Assembly (NCBI GenBank): GCA_003345595.1 | Contig: PRDI01000049.1 | Location: 26,294 to 90,293, forward strand | DNA from: Candidatus Thorarchaeota archaeon | GTDB taxonomy: Archaea; Asgardarchaeota; Thorarchaeia; Thorarchaeales; Thorarchaeaceae | Reading direction: 5' to 3' | DNA: 64,000 bases | Shown: piece after piece, positions 7,767-16,904 of the stretch | Position numbering within the stretch: the first letter of the stretch is position 1 | Layout: every line of letters begins with the position of its first letter | Notes under the pieces: generated by a model | Databases searched by the model: none | What the model was told of the DNA's origin: nothing | What the model saw: only the letters and a program-made list of their open reading frames with translations | Translations under genes and position numbers: made by a program

Positions 7767-9527
7767 TTAGCCCCGATACAGAAACGGATGACCATTCTTC
7801 CATAGCCTCTCCCCCATGAACATGGTAATGTCCATTTCAGACCCGCCAATCTCGTTTTCAAGTTCATGAAGTAGCCTCTCGTAGGCGGGCACATGACTTT
7901 GAATCCCTTGTTCCCGGGAATGAAGCATGAATGCTCCATCCTCAGCCCACTTCGGGATTCCAGACTTAGCCGGCTGATTCGATAAGACTACGTTCAGCCC
8001 GGCGAATCTCAGCAGGCCATCGACAACCTGTCTTCTCACTTCAACAACCTCTTTGACTCGTCGTGTGGCATTTCCAGGTGTGGGCCGCTCCATAGTGATT
8101 ATGAGGTCTATGAGTGCGACACTCGATTTATCAATGCCATGATCTGATGTCCAGCGAGAAATGAGACTCGATGCAGAATCACTGTGACAGGTCTGTATTG
8201 TATGAAGACCCGCCGCAATTGCCTGAAACAAAGCACGGCTGTGTTCTGCTGTCTGAATCTCTCCAAGAATCAGATAATCAGGTGACCTGTGAAGGCTTTT
8301 TACGATCTCCTTGCTCTTGTCGAATCCGGGCTCGTTCTCGTCAACTGGATCGACCCTGATTCTTACTTGGTGACACCCTTTGATAGACCTACTTTCGACG
8401 GCATCTTCGATGTAGACTCTTCTCCAGCTTCGCGGCGTAGTCATATCAAGAGCATTCAGCAGAGTAGTCTTCCCGGATCCCGGACCACCTGTTATCGTAA
8501 TGTTGAACCTAGCAGACACGGCAAGCAACAGTATCGCCGCAGCCTCCATACTGAGCGTGCCATTGCGAACCAAGTCCGTTATCGAATATGGGCTCCTACG
8601 GGCCCTACGCATCTCAAGATGTAGTCCGTCTGGGCTCAAGGGTGGCAGGCTCAGAGAGAATCTCAGAACTGCATCACAGACCAACATCTCTGTCTTGAGC
8701 GATGGGTTTCTCCGATCGAGATGGAAATTGCTCTCGGCCCTCACGAGCGTGACGATACGATCAACATCATGCTCATTGACGGTCGTTGTTGAACAACACC
8801 TTCCGAAACGTCGATGGTCAAAGTAAATCTGACTCTCGGGCCGGTCTAGGTAAACCTCCTCGACTTCGTCATCGAGCAGAATTGGAAGGAAGCATCTGAG
8901 GGCTGTTGATCGATGTGCTACGATTTCTGCGATTCTAGTCCTAGTGATAATGCCTACCTCTGGCAGTGAGTGCGAGATCTTCGCTGCAACAGATTCAGAG
9001 ATTCGCCTGAGTCTTATGTTGATGTTTTCTCTGGACAAATGCGGTGCATCATCGAACAGACTCCTGTCGGCACTCAATTCATTCAGCAATGCCATCTCTA
9101 GACGAGTCTTAACTAGCGGGACCGTTTCAAGAAGCAGACCTGAACTGGAGCCATCTTCACGGAAGACTGACAGGTAAGGCCCAACAAGATATGCTTCAGA
9201 TAACAGATGAACCGTGTCAAAGAAACGCTGGTCCTCAACGTAGACCGATTCCCAACCCTCCGCATGCCATGGCGGTCCGTTGAGCGGTTTTCCATCATGT
9301 CTTCCAAGATGAATCAGGCCCTTCCCAGGTTCGACTACTAGAATCTTAGTCTTTTGCCCGTCATCAGAACTCGTCAAGGCTAACCGTTTACATGGCCCCT
9401 GCTCTGCATATTCACACTCTGTGCACCCTGTCTTGGGGCATAGGATAACATTGACCAAGTGTTCTATCACACCAATCGGACTCCACAGCATCAGATGCGG
9501 GCCGGATTCACAAGCCAGAAGCTGCAA
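7767..9527 (-). CDS. type II/IV secretion-system ATPase (VirB11/FlaI/TadA-CpaF/PilB family)
   Basis: Walker A is ITITGGPGSGKTT. Asp box is RRVYIEDAVE. Walker B is DYLILGEIQTAEH. His box is TIQTCHSDSA. A ~300-aa N-terminal domain is typical of the family. Confidence 0.75.
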   Translation of the reverse strand: MQLLACESGPHLMLWSPIGVIEHLVNVILCPKTGCTECEYAEQGPCKRLALTSSDDGQKTKILVVEPGKGLIHLGRHDGKPLNGPPWHAEGWESVYVEDQRFFDTVHLLSEAYLVGPYLSVFREDGSSSGLLLETVPLVKTRLEMALLNELSADRSLFDDAPHLSRENINIRLRRISESVAAKISHSLPEVGIITRTRIAEIVAHRSTALRCFLPILLDDEVEEVYLDRPESQIYFDHRRFGRCCSTTTVNEHDVDRIVTLVRAESNFHLDRRNPSLKTEMLVCDAVLRFSLSLPPLSPDGLHLEMRRARRSPYSITDLVRNGTLSMEAAAILLLAVSARFNITITGGPGSGKTTLLNALDMTTPRSWRRVYIEDAVESRSIKGCHQVRIRVDPVDENEPGFDKSKEIVKSLHRSPDYLILGEIQTAEHSRALFQAIAAGLHTIQTCHSDSASSLISRWTSDHGIDKSSVALIDLIITMERPTPGNATRRVKEVVEVRRQVVDGLLRFAGLNVVLSNQPAKSGIPKWAEDGAFMLHSREQGIQSHVPAYERLLHELENEIGGSEMDITMFMGERLWKNGHPFLYRG

Positions 9528-9660
9528 ACCGGAACCGTTTGTTCCATCAGACGGCAGCTACAAACTAAGATGCCGGTTTCACCGATTTAAGGCCCCTCAG
9601 ATGACAATTCGAAATGGCTCCTCCGTAGGTGACACCGGTCTTCGTATCATGAAGCACGTT

Positions 9661-10719
9661 TCAAGCAGCCAATTCTGGGACCCTCATGGTGCATTCATCC
9701 AAGGTTTTCTTTATCATCCCGTAGTGGTCACGGATGCTATACTCTGCTACTTCTGTCGCCTTGGAAGCCAGTTTCTGAGTCAATACAGAATGTCTTCCAT
9801 ACTCAATAGCTACCATCCGGTCACTAGCATAAGCAACCGAAACAACAAATATGAACGGATTTCGACCACCTCTCCTTGAGGCCGGTATGAAGTCGAGGAC
9901 TACGAGCATTTTGTTTCTCATGGCATTCTCATATTCCTTCGAATCCCACCCCCTCAACTTTGCTTTCCCAACAACCTGCGGGCTATTCATGAGCATCGAC
10001 AACACCCTAGGGATGTAATCTTCAGGCTGTCTCAAATCTGGTGCATGACCTGTCACAGACTTGAGCCGCATCGCTTCTCGAACCATTGCACGCACATTCA
10101 CTCTGTGTCCGCACTTCTCAAAGACATCAGCTATTTCCTCCAGAGTTATCGGAGCTTCGTCCTTGAACTCACGTACTGCCATCAGCAGACATACGGCCAT
10201 TAGGAGAATGTTGTTGGTGACCCTCTCTTTTGCGTCCGAGATGACTTTCTTGTAGAGATACGCAGTTCGATCGCGTACCTGCTCGTTCAACATCAGTAGC
10301 TTCGAAACGTGATTGAGTGTTCTGAGTGCTCTGTACTTTGCTTCACTCCTCCCGATTCTTATACGTGCACTATACACAGTCTTCAGTCGTTTGAATCTCT
10401 TCTGTGCATGGCCGGACAATGCTTGGCCATGAGCATCTCGGAAATACGTGTCCTTGTGAAAACCCATGTAGCTTCCAAGCCCGTCCACAATATGCATTCT
10501 GTTTCCCAATGAAACATACATGGCTGCATCAGGAGTTTCACCATGTTGTTCCTCCCCCATCTGGTAAGTTGGATGTACGTACTCCCTAGAAACCACAAGC
10601 CCACATTCGGCGCATACTATGTGCCCTTGACTGGTCACCAGTTGCCCCGAACAGTCCGGACAGGACCATGAAGAGGTTACGAGCTGTTCACCTGTTTCAT
10701 CAACCAATGGCTGTACCAC
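9661..10719 (-). CDS. tfb: transcription initiation factor IIB (TFB)
   Basis: N-terminal Zn-ribbon CPDCSGQ...CAECG followed by two cyclin-like repeats; length 352 aa. Confidence 0.9.
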   Translation of the reverse strand: MVQPLVDETGEQLVTSSWSCPDCSGQLVTSQGHIVCAECGLVVSREYVHPTYQMGEEQHGETPDAAMYVSLGNRMHIVDGLGSYMGFHKDTYFRDAHGQALSGHAQKRFKRLKTVYSARIRIGRSEAKYRALRTLNHVSKLLMLNEQVRDRTAYLYKKVISDAKERVTNNILLMAVCLLMAVREFKDEAPITLEEIADVFEKCGHRVNVRAMVREAMRLKSVTGHAPDLRQPEDYIPRVLSMLMNSPQVVGKAKLRGWDSKEYENAMRNKMLVVLDFIPASRRGGRNPFIFVVSVAYASDRMVAIEYGRHSVLTQKLASKATEVAEYSIRDHYGMIKKTLDECTMRVPELAA

Positions 10720-10886
10720 AAGACATACCCATCATTCGAATCCATAATTGGATTCCAGGCACCCCTGTTCTCTTTACAAGACACGTATGTCTGCTCCATC
10801 GAACACGCATGGCTACTAGACAGTCATTTTCACCCTACCCAGAAAGAGGGATTTCCGAAACTACTGTGTCCTCCGATGGGTGCTCT

Positions 10887-11252
10887 TCACGTTATCACGA
10901 TATAGAATGTATTGGATGAGAAAGTCTTGCTCTGTGAAGATGTTGGCTTAGCAATCCCGAGCACAACTCTAAGGCCCCCCAACGATCCCAGTATCTCAAG
11001 CCCTTTGGTTTCAGTTCTCCGGAAGACGGTGCCCTCACCATACAGTCTCGCCTGTTCCCCCTTAGGAATAGCCTTGGAGTCAATGACCACATCAACGTGG
11101 TCTTTGGCATTAAACCTACTGGAAAGCGCTTCTGGAAGTTCAATCGTGAGTGTTGCACCATCACTCTTGGACGACACTTTCAAGAGCTTGAGTCTCTTAG
11201 TGTCCGTTTCCTTGATGGATTCGATGATGGCATCCTTGAATCTGACACCCAT
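10887..11252 (-). CDS. hypothetical small protein (121 aa, beta-rich) immediately upstream of tfb
   Basis: ORF with plausible coding character. No family recognised by eye. Confidence 0.35.
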   Translation of the reverse strand: MGVRFKDAIIESIKETDTKRLKLLKVSSKSDGATLTIELPEALSSRFNAKDHVDVVIDSKAIPKGEQARLYGEGTVFRRTETKGLEILGSLGGLRVVLGIAKPTSSQSKTFSSNTFYIVIT

Positions 11253-11375
11253 AACTCTAACACATCCAGCAGACTGAGGCTTCGCGGTGAGCGGCCGAAG
11301 GCATTGAATTAAACCTGTCGCTGCTCTCTTGTGCCGTTTTTTAGGCGTTGCAGCGACAGTTATTCGGTGGGCCTG

Positions 11376-14066
11376 ATGCTTCCGAAACTGCTAGCCATAT
11401 TGTTCCTGTCTGTGGCGATGGCATCTTACTTCGTAGCACCAGTTTCGGCCTTCTATTTCGAACTCTACTACTTCGAAACAGACAAGATGGTGTATGAAGT
11501 TGGCGAAACAATCGAGATGGTCGCCAAGGTCGCTGCTGAGTTCAGCGAAACTGGATCATGTGATCTCTATTTTGCTGTTGTGAGAAGCAACGACTCTGTA
11601 ACTGTCTTCTACGACGGCTACAGCATCCCCTCCGAATCCAGTTCTCGCCTTCTGAGTTCGCCTTATGTCATAGTGCCCCATGACATCACCCCGGGAGTCG
11701 TTGGTGCGAAAGTACAGGTGGTCTTTAACATCGTCGTATACGATGAGTACACCCAAGGCAATCAAACGCAGATTGAGATTGATGTGAAAAGAGGTCACCT
11801 AACGACGTTTCCAGAAAGCCCAATGTCGGTTGAGTTCGGAACCAACGCGACAGTCACACTGAGGATTGCAAGCCCACACAACAACAACGTAGTTCTATCC
11901 AACGAGCCCGTTTCGCTCTATGTCCAGAGTCCAGACAGTTTGCCAGTGTTTCAAACAGAAGCATTGACAGACTCGCAAGGTCTGGTTCAATTGAATTGGA
12001 CCGAATCCATGGGCCCACCAGGGGTATACAATCTGACTGTCAATGGAGCAGGCACTGCTTCATTCCTACCGTTTTCCGAATCACTACAAGTCACTGTGCA
12101 ACCTGGAGCATCGAGCCTGGAAGTACGGACCGTCACCGAACAGGTCTACTGCCAATCCTACGACTGTACTCAGATGGAGTTCGCAGAAGTCACTGTTGAA
12201 CACCTGAACACATCACAGTCCCCAATCCATGATAGCGAACTGAATTGGAATGCATCATTTGGCTGCGGATCCATGAACAATCTAGGGAATGGAACCTATA
12301 GTGCACTAATACCTTTCAGCACCGGGCCCGGACTGTATGCCATTGACCTCACAGCAACAAATGCCGCTTATCAGACTGCCGTAAGCACAGTTGTCATACG
12401 GGCAAATAGCAGACCACTATTAGCGAATGTCACACTGCTCTCGGAGGTGGTATGCGGCACGCTAATCCGAATTCTGGTGGTAATCACTGACGGATTGAGC
12501 AGAACCCCAGTTGGTTCACTCCCATTCACACTCGGTATTACAGCAAGTAATGAAGACCTGACTGTAGTGGAGGGCGCCACCAACTCTTCGGGCGCTATAC
12601 AAATCACAGCATACGTACCAACCACATCTTGGGGTAGTGGGTTTCTATCTTTGATTGTCCAGAACACAAGCTGCTACAGCGATTTGTCTGAAACACTACC
12701 GATTGATGTCCTATTTCATCCTAGCGTGCTAAGCCAAGCAAATACCCCGATCATTATCAACTACAATGCAGAAGTCCGCCTGCTCCTGTCAGACCCCATT
12801 GGATTGCCGGTCTTCGGTGCAGTAGTCGAGCTACATACACCCGACAACGTCACAGTGGTCATGAACTCCACGAGCTACGACGGTACCACGCTCCTCCGCT
12901 GGCGAGTTCCTCCGGGAATTGGCCTTGGAAACCAGACTCATCTGTTGGTGATACACAGAAACGATGGAAGGTTCATCAGTCATACAACGAGATACTTGGT
13001 ATTCATGGTTCTTTGCCCACTGTTTCTTGAGTCCTCCAATAGCACAGTGCAAGTCGTACGGGGGCACAATGTATCCATTTGGCTCACGATGGTATCGGGC
13101 GGGCCTCAGTGCCAACTGATCAATCTTACGCTCAGAAGCAATGACAGTTCATTGACAACTTCGGCTGTGATTCCCACTGACACGCACGTGGAAATCACAC
13201 TGAAGATGAGCTCAAACATTGCTCCAGGCCCATACGAGGTCTATGCAGAAGTCCTGTCCGGGCCATTTGTCATACTGAACCAGTCTCAAGTCGAAGTCAT
13301 TGTTATTGGCACTCTACAAGCGGGTTTCGCCATTGTTTCAGCATTCTATGCTGAAGCCCTCATAGTTGATCCTATTGTGAGAGATGACACTGATAGCACA
13401 CCAGACTCGGTATCGGCAACCCTATATTTCAGTGATTGCGGAATTCAAATCCTCTTGGATCCGGCCCTTCCTCGTATGCCATGGTCGATTCCACTGCCCC
13501 TTCAAGTGGCCCCCGGAGCTCACAACGTTACAATCGAAATCAGCCGTCCTTGGTTTGTCGCAGCACGCAGGTCTATTCTCGTGTTTGTATGGATGCGAAC
13601 AAGAATTGTGATCTCAGTATCGACCTACAGACCAAACAAGACAGGTTCTGACCCCGGGCTGGAACTGGTTCAGGTCGCTGACAACACATCGAGTAGCTCT
13701 CCCGGTTCAATCATAAGCCCTCCGCCAATCTTGTTCAATGGCACAACTTCAACCGTGTCGCCTACTGCACGAGAAACCTCTCTTACGAGCTGCCCAAGGT
13801 TCAGCTCTGGCACCAACAACCTGTCAACTGTGTCAGCAAACTGCCTTACCTCAGAATCAGGAAATGGCCATAGAGTTCTAAGCCTCAAGGAACGAATCGA
13901 CAGGGGACTCGCTCTGTTCATGACCACTTCTTCCACAGTCCTCGAAGTACTTCCGAAGGAAACCACCCCCCACTCTGCTGTTTGCGGCCCTGAGAATACG
14001 ACATCAGTCAGAAGGGCTCTCTCCCTCAGAATCTTGTCTGCGAGTCTTCTCACGAGCCTGTCGTGA
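11376..14066 (+). CDS. large secreted glycoprotein-like surface protein; the 3' end is unresolved because the ORF lacks a stop codon before the convergent korA and reads antisense through it as S/T-rich low complexity
   Basis: Signal peptide MLPKLLAILFLSVAMASYFVAPVSA. Many N-x-S/T sequons and repeated beta-rich domains. After about nt 13650 the frame overlaps korA on the opposite strand and is probably not genuine coding, or reflects a frameshift or assembly error. Confidence 0.5.
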   Translation: MLPKLLAILFLSVAMASYFVAPVSAFYFELYYFETDKMVYEVGETIEMVAKVAAEFSETGSCDLYFAVVRSNDSVTVFYDGYSIPSESSSRLLSSPYVIVPHDITPGVVGAKVQVVFNIVVYDEYTQGNQTQIEIDVKRGHLTTFPESPMSVEFGTNATVTLRIASPHNNNVVLSNEPVSLYVQSPDSLPVFQTEALTDSQGLVQLNWTESMGPPGVYNLTVNGAGTASFLPFSESLQVTVQPGASSLEVRTVTEQVYCQSYDCTQMEFAEVTVEHLNTSQSPIHDSELNWNASFGCGSMNNLGNGTYSALIPFSTGPGLYAIDLTATNAAYQTAVSTVVIRANSRPLLANVTLLSEVVCGTLIRILVVITDGLSRTPVGSLPFTLGITASNEDLTVVEGATNSSGAIQITAYVPTTSWGSGFLSLIVQNTSCYSDLSETLPIDVLFHPSVLSQANTPIIINYNAEVRLLLSDPIGLPVFGAVVELHTPDNVTVVMNSTSYDGTTLLRWRVPPGIGLGNQTHLLVIHRNDGRFISHTTRYLVFMVLCPLFLESSNSTVQVVRGHNVSIWLTMVSGGPQCQLINLTLRSNDSSLTTSAVIPTDTHVEITLKMSSNIAPGPYEVYAEVLSGPFVILNQSQVEVIVIGTLQAGFAIVSAFYAEALIVDPIVRDDTDSTPDSVSATLYFSDCGIQILLDPALPRMPWSIPLPLQVAPGAHNVTIEISRPWFVAARRSILVFVWMRTRIVISVSTYRPNKTGSDPGLELVQVADNTSSSSPGSIISPPPILFNGTTSTVSPTARETSLTSCPRFSSGTNNLSTVSANCLTSESGNGHRVLSLKERIDRGLALFMTTSSTVLEVLPKETTPHSAVCGPENTTSVRRALSLRILSASLLTSLS

Positions 14067-14803
14067 GTTTCGGGGTCCGAAGTCATCCTCAGCCCATTAT
14101 TGTCGTGGGTTGAACCGGTCACGAGCAGATTGTGGCCATCACCAAATCTTGGCATTATTGCATGTCCGCTCGCATCAATGCCGCCAAATGACGCTTCTCC
14201 TGCTCGTGCGAATCTTCTCTGCACTGTCACATCTCTGTTTCCTGTAATAACAACCCTCTCTCGAGAGTGAGCGACAATCTCGTCGGACAGCAGTATCGTT
14301 GGATGCCTCAGGCGTTCAGACAGGAGGAAGGCCCTCAGGGTCAGCTCATAAGTCTCTTCTGCTGAGCTCGGAGCAAGCACTATGCTTTCGTAGTCACCAT
14401 GAGACCCCCATCTGGACTGCATGACGTCTCCTTGGGCAGCCTTAGTTGCTTGCCCTGTGCTCGGGCCTGCTCTCTGAACGTCCACAATGACACAAGGTGT
14501 TTCAGTCATGACGGCATAGCCTATGCCTTCCTGCATAAGACTGAACCCCGGTCCCGAGGTAGCAGTCATTGAAAGAAGGCCACCCCACGAGCTACCAATG
14601 ATGGCGGAGATTGCCCCTATCTCGTCTTCCATCTGGAGGTACGTGCCCCCCACCAGTGGTAACCTTTCAGCCATGATTTCAGCAATTTCAGATGCAGGTG
14701 TGATTGGATAGCCAGCAAAGAAGCGGCAGCCCGCAGCTATGGCCGCTTCAGCACAAGCTTGATTCCCTTGCCAGAAGTGAACCGATCTGTCTTGACCAGA
14801 CAT
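13670..14803 (-). CDS. korA: 2-oxoacid:ferredoxin oxidoreductase alpha subunit (KorA/PorA-type)
   Basis: GNQACAEAAIAAGCRFFAGYPITPASEI, TATSGPGFSLMQEGIGYA, VIVDVQRAGPSTGQAT, QGDVMQSRWGSHGD and the conserved C-terminal L(R)TLWPFP region. No beta-subunit gene lies adjacent. Confidence 0.85.
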   Translation of the reverse strand: MSGQDRSVHFWQGNQACAEAAIAAGCRFFAGYPITPASEIAEIMAERLPLVGGTYLQMEDEIGAISAIIGSSWGGLLSMTATSGPGFSLMQEGIGYAVMTETPCVIVDVQRAGPSTGQATKAAQGDVMQSRWGSHGDYESIVLAPSSAEETYELTLRAFLLSERLRHPTILLSDEIVAHSRERVVITGNRDVTVQRRFARAGEASFGGIDASGHAIMPRFGDGHNLLVTGSTHDNNGLRMTSDPETHDRLVRRLADKILRERALLTDVVFSGPQTAEWGVVSFGSTSRTVEEVVMNRASPLSIRSLRLRTLWPFPDSEVRQFADTVDRLLVPELNLGQLVREVSRAVGDTVEVVPLNKIGGGLMIEPGELLDVLSAT

Positions 14804-15061
14804 TCTTGGGACTCTCGATCCTGCGTCGTTCTAGTGTCAAGATAAGATTTCTGCAACAGCTCCCGAGTGCAAGTCGTCAGGAAGACTGCGACTCAATCAT
14901 ATCATACGAATCGCCGGTCTTGAGAAGGATTGGTCGCAGTCTTTGACTCGCGCATCATCCGACGCCAATCGACATTGACTCTTCGTTGTCATCGAAACGA
15001 AACATGCACGGCAGTTATCCCGATAGTCTTTTATCAAGCACACCATGTGCTGCTAGGCTGA

Positions 15062-15168
15062 GCGGCCATGGTCTAGTATGGTCTAGGACGGAAGCCTCCC
15101 AAGCTTCCAACCCGAGACGGTTTCGCTGACCGCGAACTGCGGGAGTTCAAATCCCGGTGGCCGCACCA
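15062..15168 (+). tRNA. tRNA-Gly (anticodon CCC)-like gene, ~107 nt, probably with a non-canonical intron on the 3' side of the anticodon arm
   Basis: GCGGCCA...UGGCCGCACCA acceptor with encoded CCA. D-arm is GUCU-AGUAUGGUCUA-GGAC. Anticodon arm GAAGC-CUCCCAA-GCUUC is perfect. The T-loop GUUCAAAUCC is present but about 30 extra nt lie between the anticodon arm and the T-stem, and the T-stem pairing is irregular. A TATA-like TTTTATCA sits about 30 bp upstream. Confidence 0.5.
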
Positions 15169-15385
15169 TCTTCGTTCGCCATGCTTAAGGGGGAGTTCAA
15201 CAGATTGGGTCATTGGCGAGTGATGATTGTCATGACCCCGATGAGTCGATTTGGACGATGATATGGATCTTGAGTTAAGAGCTCGCCACTATTACTTTCG
15301 GTCACCTCTACTGTCCGTGTGCATTTAATCGTACACCACGCACAATGCTTTTAAGTTCCCAACACGGTGCCCCAGTTGGACTGCA

Positions 15386-16579
15386 ATGTCTCGGGACTAT
15401 GTTGAGGACGAGCTGAGCCGACACAGTGTGTTCAAGTCAGAGCAATTCCTGTCTGTCGACTATGTCCCTGAAACACTTCCTCATCGTGAATTGGAGCTGA
15501 GAACTCTGGCTCAGAGCTTCAAGACTCTCATAACGTCACCCGGTCGGACGAGTCAGAAATTCATCGTCGAGGGGCCTGTTGGCACTGGAAAGACAGCCGT
15601 GACCAAGAGGTTCTCAGAGCAGATGGTCCAAGCGGCCAACAGAAGAGGCATTCGGTTGCACAAGCTGCATATCAACTGCCGAGTGAACAAGACCACCAAT
15701 CTGATCTACATGAAGATGCTTCGTGAGTTCAAGCCGATGTTTCCTCGTAGAGGACATTCGCCTGCCGAAATCCTCCAAATGGTCTTAGAAGTCCTCGACT
15801 CCGAAGACAAGTATCTCCTATTGATTATGGATGAGCTTGACTATTTCATTAGACAGAGAGGGGCAGACATACTCTATGACCTCACACGACTTATGGACGA
15901 CCGACTCAATGCCCCACAAAGAATCTCAATGATAGGAGTAGGGCGCGACATCTCAGTTGACGAGAGCATGTTTGATCATAGTATCCTCAGCACCCTCCAG
16001 CGCAACATCTTGCATTTCGAAAAATACAATTCTGAGGCGCTGCACGACATTCTGAGAGACCGAGTTGTGTTGGCATTTGAACCCAACACAGTCATGGACG
16101 AGGCTCTCCAAGTCATATCCGACATAGCATCTGAGCGTGGTGATGCAAGGTATGCTATTGAGTTATTGTGGCGTGCAGGTAAGCAAGCCGACCGCGAGGG
16201 CTCTAAGGCAGTGTATCCTGACTACGTACGCCAGGCCAAGGCCGACACACACCCTGAGCTGAGGAAGGAGGTCTTCACGTCTCTCCCGCTACAGACCAAA
16301 CTTCTCTTGCTGGCTGCGAGCAGGCATCTGAAAGAGATTCGTAGTGCTTATGCGACGATAGGAGAGGTGGAGGACATGTATCACACAGTGTGCGAAGAAT
16401 ATGGACAGGAGCCAAGAGCACACACCCAAGTCTGGCAGTGGGTCCAAGACCTAAGCGCTCATGGAATAGTCGACACAAAGCGGTCTGGACAAGGGCAGAG
16501 GGGTCAGACTACGCTCATAGGTCTGTCGGACGTTCCTGCAGACATGCTCGAACGCTTCCTTGTAGATCTGCTCAAGTGA
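15386..16579 (+). CDS. orc1: Orc1/Cdc6 replication initiator (AAA+ plus winged helix), paralog 1
   Basis: Walker A IVEGPVGTGKTAVTKRF. Walker B LLLIMDELD. Sensor regions and a C-terminal winged-helix domain. Confidence 0.9.
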   Translation: MSRDYVEDELSRHSVFKSEQFLSVDYVPETLPHRELELRTLAQSFKTLITSPGRTSQKFIVEGPVGTGKTAVTKRFSEQMVQAANRRGIRLHKLHINCRVNKTTNLIYMKMLREFKPMFPRRGHSPAEILQMVLEVLDSEDKYLLLIMDELDYFIRQRGADILYDLTRLMDDRLNAPQRISMIGVGRDISVDESMFDHSILSTLQRNILHFEKYNSEALHDILRDRVVLAFEPNTVMDEALQVISDIASERGDARYAIELLWRAGKQADREGSKAVYPDYVRQAKADTHPELRKEVFTSLPLQTKLLLLAASRHLKEIRSAYATIGEVEDMYHTVCEEYGQEPRAHTQVWQWVQDLSAHGIVDTKRSGQGQRGQTTLIGLSDVPADMLERFLVDLLK

Positions 16580-16603
16580 CTTTAGGAGGATGCTCGAATC
16601 ATT

Positions 16604-16888
16604 ATGAACCCTGTTTCTGGCATGCGAATACCGATCGAAGATCTGTTCTCTTCAAAAGGGCGCGTAAGAATCCTCAGAGAACTTGCCATGTCTGGTGAGC
16701 TGAACATATCGGAATTGTGCAGAAGAGCTGGACTGAACCACAGTTCAACAAAGGCTCATTTGGAGGTACTACTGCAATCCGGTTTGATTGAAGAGAAGAC
16801 ATTCGGCAGAATCAAGATCTACCGATACCGCGTCGAAGACCTGAGGGCGCGTTCTCTGAGGAACTTGTTTGACCTATGGTCATCATAA
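16604..16888 (+). CDS. small winged-helix (ArsR/TrmB-like) transcriptional regulator
   Basis: GRVRILRELAMSGELNISELCRRAGLNHSSTKAHLEVLLQSGLIEE is a wHTH pattern. Confidence 0.55.
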   Translation: MNPVSGMRIPIEDLFSSKGRVRILRELAMSGELNISELCRRAGLNHSSTKAHLEVLLQSGLIEEKTFGRIKIYRYRVEDLRARSLRNLFDLWSS

Positions 16889-16904
16889 GAGGTCCAAGAG
16901 CAGG

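Noticed and set aside
13384-13651. Short + strand ORFs in alternative frames within the surface-protein gene
   Set aside because: Nested in a longer coherent ORF. No features.
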